NCBI GenBank assembly: GCA_028023455.1
Contig: JAQFVV010000007.1
Location: 6,448,001-6,512,000, forward strand
DNA length: 64,000 bases
Reading direction: 5' to 3'
Origin: Epiperipatus broadwayi
Taxonomy: Eukaryota; Animalia; Onychophora
Of the stretch, positions 1-12,047 are shown piece after piece (within the stretch, counting starts at the first letter, position 1; the number at the start of each line of letters is the position of its first letter). The notes beneath the pieces are model-generated. The model worked only from the letters and a program-made list of their open reading frames with translations. It searched no databases and had not been told where the DNA came from. Made by a program: the position numbers and the translations under genes.

Positions 1-1640
1 TTATACTTTTTTCAATCATCTTAGTATCATCTTGAAATCTAACCACTGGTGTTGTATTTTGATAAACATTCTTCAGAATATGACAATATTCCAGGTTTAT
101 ATTTGGATTATCTAAAGCTTTATTTATTTTAGAGATACCTGTAGAAATAAATGCTTTTTCATAATTTACAATTCCAAAACACAATAGTGATCATATTCAT
201 TGGTTCTTTTTATAACTTCTTTTAATTTTTGGAAAAGAGTAACTTAGCTATAGCATAAGATGTGTTACACACATAATGCAAATAACTTTATGGACTTGAG
301 AGTATAGTACTATTAAATTTATGCATCAGGAATTAAATATTTTAGATTACATCATGTTAATTTACCGAAAGCTTTAAATAATCAAATCATCAGAATGATT
401 AAATTTTTATTTTGAATGTATGAAAAGTATAGCTGTTTAGAAGGATTATTTGATTGAGTTATTTAAGGTTACTCTTTTGACAGCCAAAGTTATTAATTTG
501 TTTTATCCCAATAAATGAGAGTGTGATCTCTTCAACTTGTATATTTGTGACCATAATAAGATATTTATTTATCCAGTGTTGTTTGCTAATAAAAGATGTT
601 AGAGTTAATTAACAGCCTAAACATATTCGATGTTAGAATATGAGGGCATTATTTCATTTGTTTATTCATGTCTTATAAATGTCTAATCAATAAATAATAA
701 AGTGTATAATAAAAAGAGATATCAGATCCATATTGGCAAATGTATTTGTAAATTTAGGAATTAGGATAAACAGTCCCAATGTGAACCAATTATATTTATT
801 TTGCCTGAAAAATGTAAATAAATGCTTTATTTAATAAAAACTTTGTCTCAAGTTATTCTTATATACATTCATATTCTACTTTCCACATTCCACATATCTA
901 TTACAACATAAATGCACTACTTTATAAATTTGATAATGAACATACTGAAATCTGATAATATTGTTTTCTTGACCCAAACATTATATGAAATACTTTACCG
1001 TTTGGTAAACTTATGAAGAAGGTTGTATACTCAATTTATTATTTAGACAATATTGTGAGATTAAAAGGTACCCTGTTTCCTTCATTATCTATTTGCTAGT
1101 CCAGTGAATTTTTTATTGTAATAGTTATAAGTTATCGTATAATAGAATTTCTTATTAATCAAATTGTCTTAAAGATTCCCTGAGATCTATATTTCATAGT
1201 TCCAACTTAATATTAATTTAGCTATTTAAATTAAGGTATGCTAGATAGTAGAGTTATTTAATATCATGTTTTCTTTTAAAGTTATATTGTAGCTAATATA
1301 AGAGTGTATTTAGATGATGGAAAAAATCAAATTGAAATTATAGTTTATTAGCTTGAATAAATGAAACTTTATTGATTTCTATCATTTGGTTGATTAACAA
1401 ATGAGGCATATATCTTATTTTGATGATCAATAGTATTTCTTCCTTCATTTATTTATATTCTATATATTCTTGACTTCCTATAACCCTCCACTGAGCTAAG
1501 CTATAAGTCAGGCATAAGCAGAAGAGTCTCAATATTAATCTAAAACAAAATAAAGTTGTTAATTTATTCTATTCATTAATAGAATTGGACCCTGGGCATT
1601 TGTTCATATAATGTGTAGGATTGGTGATAAGTAGGGGATT

Positions 1641-1643
<3 letters not shown>

Positions 1644-1731
<88 letters not shown>
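1644..1731. repeat. (TA)n microsatellite
   Basis: About 44 TA units with one interruption; the immediate flanks ATTACAA/TTGTAAT are complementary. Confidence 0.98.
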
Positions 1732-1734
<3 letters not shown>

Positions 1735-1769
1735 AATGGGCACACATGCTATTACATTCTAACAAAATT

Positions 1770-3810
1770 AGAAATTAAAAGTAAAAAGTTCGCAAATAAA
1801 AATTTGTTTTTAAAAAATTAAAAATTGAAAATTAAAAGTCATCTAAACTCATATATATATAAAATTGCACAGAAGGAAAATTATTAAAAGAAAACTATTA
1901 AAAAAGAAAAAAGTATTTTAAAACTAAATTTTAAGAAAAAAACTTAAAGATTTAAAAAATATCTCTTTAAAAATATACAAAATTTAATTAATTCTATTGT
2001 GTAAAAAGGCTAAAAATGGAAATGATTATTTTTAATTAGTCTTAAGTAAACTAGCCCTTGGGCATCTCAAAATTTTTAATTAAAGGTCAGATAGGAGAGA
2101 AAAACAATAAAAACAGAATAGCCAATAAAAAATCCCCCAGGAAACAGACCACAGCAAAAGAATCATCATTATCATGACATCATGTCCAGTCAATCCTCAA
2201 TTTTAATATAAAAAGGAAAAGATTGGAAATAAAATAAGTATGTGTTAAGTCCAGGAGAGTTGAAGGAGAAGGGATTGAAAAGACACACTTTCAATCCCTT
2301 CAGTTTTTTAAAAGAAGAAATGAAATATCATTTTCCTATATTGCAGACCCCAGGAGATCAAAGTCCTGCAATAAGATCCTGCAAAGAGCTATACCAGCTA
2401 GAGCAAAGGACCTCTGGATGAATACCAATAGAATGGCAAACAACATACCGGTCTCCTCAGGACATCGTGGGAATTAGAAACAAAGGGATCCAAATTACAA
2501 GCAACTAGAAAATATGGAATTTTTCTCTTTAAAACTGTAAGAACTCTATAACTGATGAACTTTAACTAGAAACTTTTCCAGTATTTAAATAGAAATATAA
2601 ATTCCTATCTGACCAAACTAAATCATTTATTAATAATTATTTTTATCATATGTAGTTTAAAAATCATTTCCATTAATTTTTTTTGTTCTTTTAAGTGTTT
2701 ATTATGATTTTTTCTGTTAAGCTAAACTTTTAATAAATGTTAAATTTACGTTGGGTGTGGATGGCTGCATAGATTGTAAAGTTATGTTAGTTTAATTAAA
2801 GGGAGGTTGATCTTAAGTTATTTGTTTCGCAATTAAATTGGGTTAATGGGTTGGATGTATCCATGTAATTAGTAAATGTAGCATGAAAATCCACTATGTG
2901 CAGGATCACATTATACACCACACATGGGCAAAATAAGCCTATTTCTTATTGACCATCAGAGTCAGACAATATTTTCTGCTCCTTGGATCACCCCTTTAGC
3001 CTATGGAATGGGATCGTAAGTCAGCAAAAAGGACTGCAATCCCTTCCTATGGAGTTTTTTTGTACTGTTCTTCTCACCAGACAGATGTAGCATTCCTGTA
3101 CTGGATGAGGGACAATTTCTTCTAAAACCATGCTGTTCAGATGTACATTTCTGACAGTACGGTATTGTGCTGTCGTATTCATGTTGCATTGAATACATCG
3201 ATATATCAGACAGATTGGCGTTAGTTTGACTGTGAACTTTTGGCCTAGAGTTAAATAAAGGATATAGAATATTTTCTTTTCAAGTGCAGTCTATGTAGTC
3301 TATTCATACTTGACACTCTAATAAAATATTAATTAATTTATCTGTGCAAACTTCTAAAATAAAAAGTTAAAATGTAAATTAATTTAAGTTCTAAAGTAAA
3401 AGTTATACAAAAATAAATAATTGTGAATTTGATATATGTGCAAAATAAATGTTTCTGTGTATTGTTAATCTGGCAATGGCTTATTCTTATTTTTTATTAT
3501 CTTTCTTTCTTTAAAAATAAAGTATACATTATCTCTGCTGCTCCATGAGCTAATGACTGGGGTATTTCAGTCAGATTTATTTAAAAAAATTGGATCTTAC
3601 TGTAAGTATCTGTGTACTATATAAATTTTCCAGGTTCGAATGGCCTGGTGATGCTCTTATACAGCAGATACAGTAAGACTCCCTTTCACCCCGACCATTA
3701 TAATTGGCACCCCCAATTTCACTCATCATAAGGTGCCACATTGACACCAATAACTTAAAAGATATATGAATAAATATGTTTGGACACTCAGCATGAGGTG
3801 TCATATTTAC
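1770..3810 (+). mobile_element. Dispersed ~2 kb repeat, copy 1 (probable degenerate LTR-element segment)
   Basis: Colinear blocks shared with 53140-55290: TTGCACAGA(A/T)GGAAAA, GCCCTTGGGCA, TTGGGTGT(G/A)GATGGCTGCATAGATT, CCAGACAGATG..TTCCTGTACTGGATGAGG, TATATAAATTTTCC(A/T)GGTTC. The LTR interpretation is inference from TTGGG|TGT and a TGG after CAGTCA. Confidence 0.65.
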
Positions 3811-4139
3811 CGATATATATATATATTACACATATGAAAATAAAGAAAACAACTAAACATTAATAAATCAATGCAGCTATCTAGACCCAACTTAATTTTA
3901 ATACATTTTAGTTAACAGATAAAAATAAATGACCTAGTTAAATACATAAATAAATAAATAAAAAGAAACAAAAAATGGAAATGCTTGAAATAGCAAACTT
4001 ATATAAAAATAAATATTAATAATTGATTTTGAAACCTTAATAAGTCAGATAAAAGTTCATTTTAAAAGTTATGTTTAGCTGGTTATTAAAAGCTTGTTAA
4101 ATATTGATGAAAGTTCTTAATTAGTTTTTAAAATTTTAT

Positions 4140-4680
4140 AGTTCATACTTTACAGTACAGGAGCTCCCGGTTCCTTGTGCCAATTCCTGCAAAGTCTTTA
4201 TTAGTCATACTTTCATGAAAGACTAGTCTGTTGTTCATACCATGATATCAATCTGGGGGCTGTCTTCACTGGTTCAATCCTGGAACTATTTTATTGTAGG
4301 ACCCATATGATTCAAGTCCACAATAGTGCCATTCATAATTCAACAGTCACTTCATTTGAAATAAGTAAGAGTGTGAAAAGTAGGTCTTTTCACCCTCCTC
4401 CTCAAAAATCAGGCTGGAACAAACTTTGGAAATTTTTTTCTTTTTATTCTGATCCTTCAGAGTCACTGAATATGGTTTCCTGTTCCAATGATTTTCATTA
4501 GGGTCCGAGCATTGGTTGCTGCTTCTATTGGACATTCTGCTTCAGAGCAGGGAAACAATCATTAATTTTTATCTATATCTCCTATCTGACTTTTTAATTA
4601 TATAAGAACCCCAAGGTCTAGTTTGCTTTTCATTTAATTAAGAAAACAATCATTTCCATTTACTGAGATTACATAGGAAT
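4140..4680 (-). mobile_element. Inverted partial copy of the same repeat family
   Basis: The reverse complement of 4560-4670 (AATGGAAATGATTGTTTT..AAACTAGACCTTGGGG..GTCAGATAGGAGA) matches 2013-2100 and 53412-53490. Confidence 0.6.
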
Positions 4681-5206
4681 CTTAAAATAAAAATTAACAT
4701 TTATTTCTATTTCCATTTATGTTACTTTTTAAGAAAAATATTTTATCTTTAGATCTTTACTTCTTTTTATAAAAAAAGTCCATTCAAGTACTTTTTTTTT
4801 TATTTAAAAAAAATGGCACTGAACGTGTAAGGCATAAACTAGAATTAAAAATAGTATTAGCAAAAATCTATATATATTATTTTCATTGTTTCAAAACCAA
4901 TTTAAGAAAACTAAGTTAAGAAAAAAAGGGTGTTTGTAAATGATATGTGGTTTTAGTAATTAGTCAAAAGAATTTTTGAGCAATAATTTATTAGCATGCA
5001 CCAAAATAAATAATAGTGAAAATAGAAAGGAATAACTTTATTACTATTAGGGCATATAGTTAGAAGGGGTAAATTTGAAATTTTTTTATCACACATGAGA
5101 GAAAATTATTTATCAAAATCAGGAAAATATGCTGGAAGGAAAGGGTGATTAGTAGGGGATAATGGAATGTGTGGTGTACTGTGTATTTTTCATACAATTT
5201 AAACAG

Positions 5207-5340
5207 AGAATATTTTTAATTGAGTTAAAATGTTAGTATTATGATATTAGAAATAATATAGAATATTTTTGAGTTGAGTTAAAACATTAGTATTACAATA
5301 ATAGAAATAGTATAGAGTATTTTTGAGTTTGAGTTAAAAA
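5207..5340 (+). repeat. ~53 bp tandem repeat, ~2.5 copies, upstream of gag
   Basis: Units AGA(A/G)TATTTTT..TGAGTTAAAA start at 5207, 5260 and 5314. Confidence 0.85.
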
Positions 5341-5431
5341 AAATTAATTATGTGATTAAAATATTAACGATATGAGATCGGTAATAATAAAGAAAGAATA
5401 TATATATTTCCCAAAAGAATAATACCAATAA

Positions 5432-6740
5432 ATGTTAATAAGAGCAAGAAAAATAAAAATGGAACAAGCATTGAGTAGTGAAACAAAAGATCTAGGAGAC
5501 ATAGAAACATCAGTAGAAGAGCAGGGAGTGGATGATCAGAAAAATGAACCTGTGAAGGAAAGTGAATGCTTAAAGGCAATGATGGAAGAATTCTTAAACC
5601 ATGTAAAAAAGAAAATGGCTAAAATACCAAAAGAATTAGAAATATGGAGAAGAGAGATGGCTGAACAGACGAATAACATATATAAAAAAATAGAGAATGT
5701 ACGAAGTGAATTATTGTCGGAAATTGAAGGGAGATTCCAAAAGTAGGAAACGAAAGACGATAAACCTAATCAGAATAAGGAGGATGAGTCAGAAGTAAAT
5801 AAAACAGACAGATAGTTAGTCAACTCAGGGCAAGAAAATACAAGGCCTGAAGCAGGAATTAATGATAGTAAAAATAATGAGTGGAGAATTTAAAGAAGAA
5901 TAAAAACAGGACAAGAACATAAAAATACTGAATCAAGATGTACAGAATCATTAGTCAAGGTGACTAGAGGTGAAGAGCAACCACTATACCAACAAAATAT
6001 AAATCAATTTTTGAAGATCCATGTATTTGAAGAAAAAATGGGGAAAGCTCCAATGGAACACATAAGAAGTTTAGAGAGTTATTTTCGAGTAAATAAAGTA
6101 AATGAAATTAGTAAATTGGCTATTGCTAGTGCTCATCTTAAAGGGGATGCATTAGCTTGATGGGAGTCTTTATTTCACCACTCTCAAACCATCCAGGAAT
6201 ATAAAGATGTGGTGATTAGGAACTTCTGGAGTACAGAGCATCAGAAAACCATCCTGTATCAAATCATGCAGGAGAAATATAGAGGCAATATGAATGAAAA
6301 CTACTCCCAATTTTTTCATAGGCAAGTGGCCAAATTAAGGAATCTAAGTGTGTGTCATACATCCGAGAGCCAAATTATTCGGATAATCTGAGATAATTTC
6401 CCCTTCCATAAAGAACAAATGGTAATGACCACAAATTTAAGTATGATGGAACATATGGCTGAGTTCTTGAATGCCTTGGATAAGAACCAAGTGGACAAAC
6501 CACCAGATAAAGCTAGGGAAAATCCTTGTATTAGCTCAGTAGTATGGGAGGGGGTGGTTACAATCAAAATTAAGGACATAGGAAGGCAAGGCCTAGAAGT
6601 TGGAGTCCAGAAACAGAGATCAATTATACTGGAAGCCACCTAAATGACCAAGGAAAGAAATATGGAAAAGCTAGGGAATATAGGCCAGTTTCGTCGAAGC
6701 CTGGGGGGAGTAAAAATAAAGATTAAAAGTTTGCAGTTGT
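5432..6740 (+). pseudogene. Ty3/gypsy-type Gag (coiled coil plus capsid-like domain), inactivated by nonsense codons
   Basis: ORFs 5432, 5960, 6209 and 6419 share one frame, separated by stops at 5744, 5813, 5891, 6158, 6389 and 6641. Capsid-like text: APMEHIRSLESYF..KLAIASAHLKGDALA*WESL..YKDVVIRNFWS..EKYRG..NYSQFFHRQVAKLRNL. No protease or RT follows. Confidence 0.75.
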
Positions 6741-6761
6741 AGTCAGTTAAGTATGTCATTT

Positions 6762-7080
6762 AAGAATTGGGGGTGTAGACATTGTGGTTTTTTGAACATT
6801 GCATGTATAGGTTTGATTATGTCAGTTTACTTGTACTCTGGTGGGAGATGATGAGAGTTTAGAGGTTTGGCTGGAGATCTATATGTAGTCTGGAATTTCT
6901 GTGGCTTTATGACAGCATATGTATTCTGTCATTAGTGCAGAAGGTACCATTTTTCTGAGAAAAAGTTTTTCTCAGAGGCCCTAAACCTTCTAATGCAAAA
7001 AGACTCTGTATAACTTAAAAAAGGAATGAGCATGGGTGCATTTATTAAGGTTGTATATTAATAAAGCTCTTTGTAAATAG
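6762..7080 (+). mobile_element. Possible PPT plus degenerate 3' LTR of the Gag-only element
   Basis: AAGAATTGGGGG|TGTAGA resembles the TTGGG|TGT(G/A)GA junctions at 2752 and 54136, with weak downstream similarity (TTATGT(C/T)AGTTTA, GGGAG(A/G)TGAT). Confidence 0.3.
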
Positions 7081-8349
7081 AGTTCATTTTTTTGTTATCT
7101 GCAATGCAAAAGATTCTGTAAGCCTCCAAAGGTATGAGCATGGATGCATTTTGTAGATATTCCAGTACTTTAATACTTTGTCTGTCACAGGGTTCTGGAT
7201 GTAGTAGGGATCTGTAGGCTGATGTTCTGGGTTTCTTATTATCTCAAAATCAGATGCGAGGAAGACACTGTTGTCTGGGCTTGGCATATCCATGTTTGTG
7301 ATGCTGTGGGTTTGCATTTTTGTCAATTGGATGATATGACTTCCATGCTCAAACAAATATATATAAACATTAAAATTTAGAATTAAAATAGTTAAATAAG
7401 ACCATTAAAAAGAGTAATCTCATTTTAACAGTTTCGTCAGGGACGGGGGTATTGTGCCACACCATTTATAACATCCATGCACAAAATGGCTGTTGCTGAA
7501 GAATTCAGCACAGCTAATCTTTATTGTATTAAAAAAAAAGAAAGGTGAAGTGGGTTTACTCATGACACATTGAAATCAAATGAACATGGATTTATTTGGC
7601 AACTGCTTTTATTGAACTTTTTTAGTTCTTTTCTGTGGTCAAAATTAACCCATTTTATACTATGCCCCAGTATTTGTGGAATGCTTTCTTGATTGGTCAC
7701 CGCTAACCATTCTCTAATCTAATTTTTAAAAGAATTTCTACATAAGCTTTACCTATTGTGCTGGAAGATGCTATTGTTAGATAACATGTACTCAAACCGA
7801 AATTAATTTGATAACAAATGTTTATGACAAAAGTAAATCAATTAGTTTAGTTTCTAATTTTAATTTTAGAGAAACTTTTAATTAGTTATTTTAAAAGATT
7901 AAACAAGATTAAGTTTCTCACCTTTAATTATTTTTGACTAATTACAATTGCATCTTCCATATTGCATTTAAAAAGAAAAGTATAGTTTAAAAGCAAATAT
8001 AATTTAAAAGATAAAATTTTATAGAATGACATATAACAAACATTTTCTAGTAAATATTTGCTCAGTAGGTTTGTCTCTACAATATTTATATACATATGAG
8101 CCACAATTACTAAATAATTACTATAACTTTAATAAATAATAAAAAAATACAGAAAATATAATATATTTTGATATTATAAGTTTGTTACAATTAATCTTCT
8201 GTTACCTATTACGTATGCGTATTTCCCTTTTAAATACTATATTTATTATTTTTCTTTTTGTGTGTGTGTGTTTAAATTCAGATATTTACACATATATCTT
8301 TGTTATGAAGTATGTTAGTTAATATATCAAGAAAGAAAACAAACTAACA

Positions 8350-10850
8350 ACAAAAAAATGTGTTAGTGAGTGGAATATATACGCAAGAATAGGGTTTGAC
8401 TTTGTCTTGGTAGCGGAATATTTCAGGTGGGCTGTGAAGCGCAATGTGAATCTCAGATCCTGCTTCATTATGTAGGTCAAATGTATATAAGATCTGGGTA
8501 GTGTAACAGTCAAAACACGTGTATCTCGTTAACATATTGCAGAATTCGACCACTACACAGAACAGCAGCACCATCGAGTAGCGAAGCCACCGGTAATACT
8601 GAGTTCGAACATAGTTTATCGGTTCCACAATACAATCTACGGAATAACGCCTCTGATGCGACATAAGTAAACACTTCTTTAGGCACGGTAGTCAGGGAGA
8701 TGCACGAGATTCATGGGTTTTGTTTCCGAGTTGGCCAACAATCAAACGAATATTAACTAACACATATAATCGAGGAAAGATATATAATGGGCATCGAGCA
8801 AATGAAAACTTAACTACAGACGTATAGTTAAAATTATTTATTTACATTTTTAATAAAAGACACCATTCGTAAGGTTATTGATCATATTTTTAAATTAGGA
8901 GTTTCAATATCTAATTGGCAATATTATATATAGAAAATACATTTCTTTACTAGGAGCATTTGTTTATAGGAAGGCGTAATCCAGCTACCCAGGGTTCTCG
9001 AGTGAGTATTTCTAATGCGTGCTGTAAGGAATTTATACTTCACTGCCAGAGTCATATAACGGCGGACATACATTTATTTAATAAAAATCTTTATTTTACA
9101 CTAAGGGCAAACATTTATTTGAGAGTATATGACAAGATAATGAGAGTGATGGAGAGAATAATAACTAATATAAAAGAACACGTGTACGCTTTAGAAGGGC
9201 ATGTAAAATGGAGCCTAAAACTGCAAGACCGTGAATAAGTTATAAGGGTCTTCGGTTGGTCTTGCCTCGACCCGAAGAGGTAAGGTGTCACAATAGCATA
9301 ACCAGGAACGTCCTTCCAATTGCATGGCGCGTGATCTCGCCTACGGGAACATTGTGTCCGCTTGTAGGCACTGGGTTAATTCAACCATGGAGAATATTAC
9401 TGGAATGAGATCGGGCTCAAAACGTAACCAATATATATCTAAAAAATTGCTAACATTTAACTAGATTTCAAACTCCCAACATATCAACTTAAAGAAAATT
9501 GACTCTCAAAGAAATGAAATTTACATAATTATCTTAAATTTAATAATAATAAAAATACTAAAAAGGGAATTATTATAGAAGTATGACTATTACGAGTAGT
9601 CGACCTCATTACAATAACTGATTTTTAATCGTTATATGTTGTATTTATAAAACAATATTAAGACAATAACATTTAGCGTATGATTAGCTTTAACACTAAG
9701 ACAATCTGAGAAGGTAATATTTATTGATAATTATTAATAAAATATAGATTTAAGAAATACACACCTAAGAAGGATAGAGGGAGGTAAGCTAGATTATGCG
9801 AGAATTTACAGATACATGAATTCTTAAATTTTGTTTCACAAATTTACAATTTTTACTTTAGAAGTATACAAATAATAGGAGAGAGTATAGCTTATAATTA
9901 CGAGAGTATTATAGTGGAATACATAAACACAGGTACCTGTTTTATAAGTTGTTTTGTCCATTGGTTTAATAGCAGATTGTTCGTAATTAGAAGTTTTCTT
10001 TCTTGTCCTGGGCATGTTGTTTTATTGATTTTTAACAGCAGCGGCTTTCTTGTTTATTTCAGGCAGCAGATCATTTTGGTGTTTTTACGATGGGCAAGGT
10101 GAAGCTCAGCATATGGTGGGCCCTGGAGAATAATTTGGGCTACTCGGTCATACCTTGCAGTATTAATTTATTTAAGATATTTTAGACGCTCCCTCGGGCA
10201 GCTAAATTCAAGTCCAAACTTTAGCAGTCCAAGAGGCCCTTCTACTTAACTTTAATTTTTCTCTTGAGATATTTTTAGGTTTTATTAATCTTGCCCTCAG
10301 GATAATCAATGCTCTGCTGGTTTTAATTAGAAAGAAATTTGCTGTGCTATTGTTTGTTTTTCTTTACATTCGTTAATTACATTCTTTTGGAATTTTGCTA
10401 TAATTAATTTATTATCTATCACTGACCGATGATTTTACATTTTCAAAGACAAAAGGGAATAAAATTATTTTAACTTTAATTAATTATTGCATCAGATTTT
10501 GTTAGAATTATTATTTAACGAAATTTAAACTAAACAACAAATACGAACTTTATAAGATTCAAAATAAATGATTAATATTACACAAAAGTTTATTTAACTA
10601 GAAGGAATCTAAATTACATTATTTTATCCGTATTTATTGCCTTTAATTTGAGATCGAAATGTGTGCGTGTTTATGTTGAATTCTACATATATTTATACAT
10701 TTTGAATATTGTTACACACACAACTCGATACCAAAAAGTTTAAATTTGGGTGGGATAGACCGGTCAGTGAGAGACGACAGAAAAAGGTGAAACTTGAGAT
10801 TCGAATACGAATCTCACTGTTTCAGTAGAAACTATGGACCAGTACAATAT
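8350..10850. other. CpG-retaining, locally GC-richer island (putative gene 5' or regulatory region)
   Basis: CG dinucleotides are visibly frequent at 8380-8820, 9000-9430 and 10040-10820 compared with the flanks; I recognised no transposon here. Confidence 0.5.
9937..10015 (-). CDS. Candidate short coding exon MPRTRKKTSNYEQSAIKPMDKTTYKT (phase 1)
   Basis: ATG at 10015 (context AACAACATGC), open to a CAG|GTACCT donor at 9936. No recognised homology. Confidence 0.2.
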
Positions 10851-11029
10851 ATAAGTTTAATGAAAAAACTGATTTGGCTTTAGGGATTGTCAGTTAGTAG
10901 TAATTGATAATTTCTTGGTAACAACAAAGGTTAAAGATTATTTTTTATTTACATGGATAATATGTATCATTTCCATTTTTTATTATAATAACAATCCATT
11001 AATATATATAATTCAATATATATTGTAAT

Positions 11030-11400
11030 ATATTGTAATGGGATTTGTCTTTGAACTCCAATCAAAAATTGGTTATGAGTATTCTGGAAGGCATTATCAA
11101 TCTATAAGCCAATTTCTGATAATGTTAGCCATGAATAATAATACTTTCTGCTCATCATAGTTATTGATATAGATATGCCTCTACCATATGCAAAGTAACC
11201 TAATAATGTAAAGGAGGTTATGGTCTAAAAAAACCTGAGCTCACTGGCATTTCTGTTTGAGTAGATATTATTAACCAACACCTTTCATGGCTCTATCAGA
11301 AAACAATGTTCAAATCTTCATTCCTTAAATTATCCCATCAGTACTGAGCAATAACTTGGGTTTCAAGAAAGTCAACCACAATATTGCATTGCTTAACTGC
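11030..11400 (-). mobile_element. Highly decayed non-LTR RT remnant
   Basis: Minus-strand translation QKCQ*AQVFLDHNLL..YINNYDEQ resembles the GVPQGSVLGP..YADD region. Confidence 0.3.
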
Positions 11401-11415
11401 TTAATTTAACCATCT

Positions 11416-11730
11416 GAAAATTATTAAAGTGGAGGTCAAACTCCGATGATGCACAATTCCTTAAATATTATAAATCTCCATGCACTCACCCACCAGTAAT
11501 ATTAACTAAATTTGTACAATTCAATATTTGATTATAAAATTAGGCACACAATAGACCCAAGCCCTGATTTAAGCATGGTCAGTGAGAGTTGGTGTATATA
11601 CAAATATACTCTAAACTTAAGTGATTCACTTAAGTTTTTTAAACTCTTACTAGCAGGTGAGTGCATGGAGATTTATAATATTTAAGGAATTGTGCATTAT
11701 CGAACTTTGATTTCTGCTTTAATAATTTCA
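11416..11730. repeat. Fold-back element, ~80 bp inverted arms with ~150 bp spacer
   Basis: 11416-11498 is complementary to 11647-11730 (core TGCACAATTCCTTAAATATTATAAATCTCCATGCACTCACC). Confidence 0.85.
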
Positions 11731-12047
11731 AATTTTTTTAGCACTTTATAATAATAGATTTACATTTAACCATCTTGTTAAATCGAAGAAATGCATAAAT
11801 AAGAATTATACTTAAGCTAAAATTTAAATTTCAACATTTGATTCCACCCTATAACAATAATAAAATGCATCAATACATTCCCCTAAATAATAGACTCATC
11901 CAAGATGGAGAACATGACTATCAATAAAGCAATTAAGATTATTTCTACAATGTAATGGTTTTTAATAACTTCCTTTACAATCTTTATTAACATAAACTAA
12001 ATAATGTCTTTCTTTATGCCTGATCAATGTTTTAATAATACACATAC

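Noticed and set aside
1621-1821. ORF with YIYIYI repeat
   Set aside because: Translation of the (TA)n microsatellite.
8424-8476. Plus-strand frame ending RSCFIM-stop (CaaX-like)
   Set aside because: No upstream exons or homology; such a short motif is expected by chance.
9240-9430. Possible RNase MRP, RNase P or snRNA gene (GC-rich, hairpin, CGGGCTCA)
   Set aside because: No CR-I GAAAGTCCCC partner, Sm site or recognisable snRNA sequence.
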